Source: an uncultured cyanobacterium (GTDB lineage Bacteria; Cyanobacteriota; Cyanobacteriia; Cyanobacteriales; Cyanobacteriaceae). Taken from it: a stretch of 64,000 nt of DNA. The stretch is taken from positions 32,001 to 96,000 of the forward strand of contig CAVVOP010000020.1 in assembly GCA_963749915.1 (NCBI GenBank). The letters are read 5' to 3'. The position numbers and the translations under genes are program-made. The notes under the pieces are model-generated. The model worked only from the letters and a program-made list of their open reading frames with translations, searched no databases and had not been told where the DNA came from. Below are positions 63,411 through 64,000 of the stretch, in pieces; the stretch's first letter is position 1, and every line of letters begins with the position of its first letter.

Positions 63411-64000
63411 ATGTTACCAATAATTTTTTCCTGTGCTGGAACAACTTTATCTGATGCGGAAAGGCAATTATTTATTCGCTCTCAACCTACTGGCTTTATC
63501 CTCTTTAAACGTAACTGTGAAAATCCTACTCAAGTTAAGCAGTTAACTGATGCTTTAAGGGAATGTATCAATCAAAAAGACATTCCCATCCTAATTGATC
63601 AAGAAGGGGGTAGAGTTGCTCGTTTACAACCACCCCACTGGTGGGTTGCACCTTCGGCTTCCTCTTACCTCCAAGAAACTGATGATATAACCGAAGCAGC
63701 ACATAAGGCCAAAATAGATGCTAAACGCATAGGCCAACAGTTACAAGAGGTTGGCATTAATGTTAATTGCTCTCCTGTACTTGATTGTCCTATTCCTGAA
63801 GCTGATATGGTAATTGGTACACGAGCTTATAGTAATTCTCCTTCGGAGATCATAACAATGGCCAATGCTGTAATTGAGGGTTTTCAAGAGGAGGGCGTTG
63901 TCCCTGTGATTAAACATATCCCCGGTCATGGTCGTGCTTTAGTGGATAGTCATGAGGCTTTACCAGTGGTTGAGACATCTATAAAAGAGTTATCTGAACG
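63411..64000 (+). CDS. nagZ: Beta-N-acetylhexosaminidase (GH3), 3' end runs off the window
   Basis: MLPIIFSCAG...GFILFKRN...IDQEGGRVARL...KHIPGHGRALVDSH. Absent from the ORF track. Confidence 0.92.
   Translation, partial: MLPIIFSCAGTTLSDAERQLFIRSQPTGFILFKRNCENPTQVKQLTDALRECINQKDIPILIDQEGGRVARLQPPHWWVAPSASSYLQETDDITEAAHKAKIDAKRIGQQLQEVGINVNCSPVLDCPIPEADMVIGTRAYSNSPSEIITMANAVIEGFQEEGVVPVIKHIPGHGRALVDSHEALPVVETSIKELSE

Overview
AT-rich cyanobacterial chromosome segment. It has many HIP1 GCGATCGC octamers, heptamer intergenic repeats, psbA, apcE, glnB, plmA and curT. The style is Chroococcales/Geminocystis-Cyanobacterium-like, which is an inference. Most of it is housekeeping, envelope and transport genes: holB, putA, an HtrA protease, cbiX, wzm/wzt, gmd, cobW, recQ, panC-cmk, ftsW, nrdB, two mscS, rfbB, drgA, nth and nagZ. 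The ORF track misses two real edge genes: an RTX Ca-binding protein (<1..2073, minus strand, five 213-bp repeats) and nagZ (63411..>64000). Intergenic DNA is full of mobile-element debris from IS1634, IS701/IS4-like, IS1, ISAzo13 and CAATAC-ended MITEs. The most notable observations are (1) an orphan IS200/IS605 (TnpB-type) right end/omega-RNA-like scaffold upstream of ftsW, (2) an IS-scrambled HlyD/HtrA-remnant/ABC efflux island with no permease, (3) a perfect 46-bp palindrome upstream of the RTX gene, (4) a four-fold 11-bp-phased response-regulator-type box upstream of the HtrA gene, and (5) an antiporter with an apparent in-frame internal deletion. I see no CRISPR array, rRNA or tRNA. I cannot establish a complete novel system from the sequence alone.
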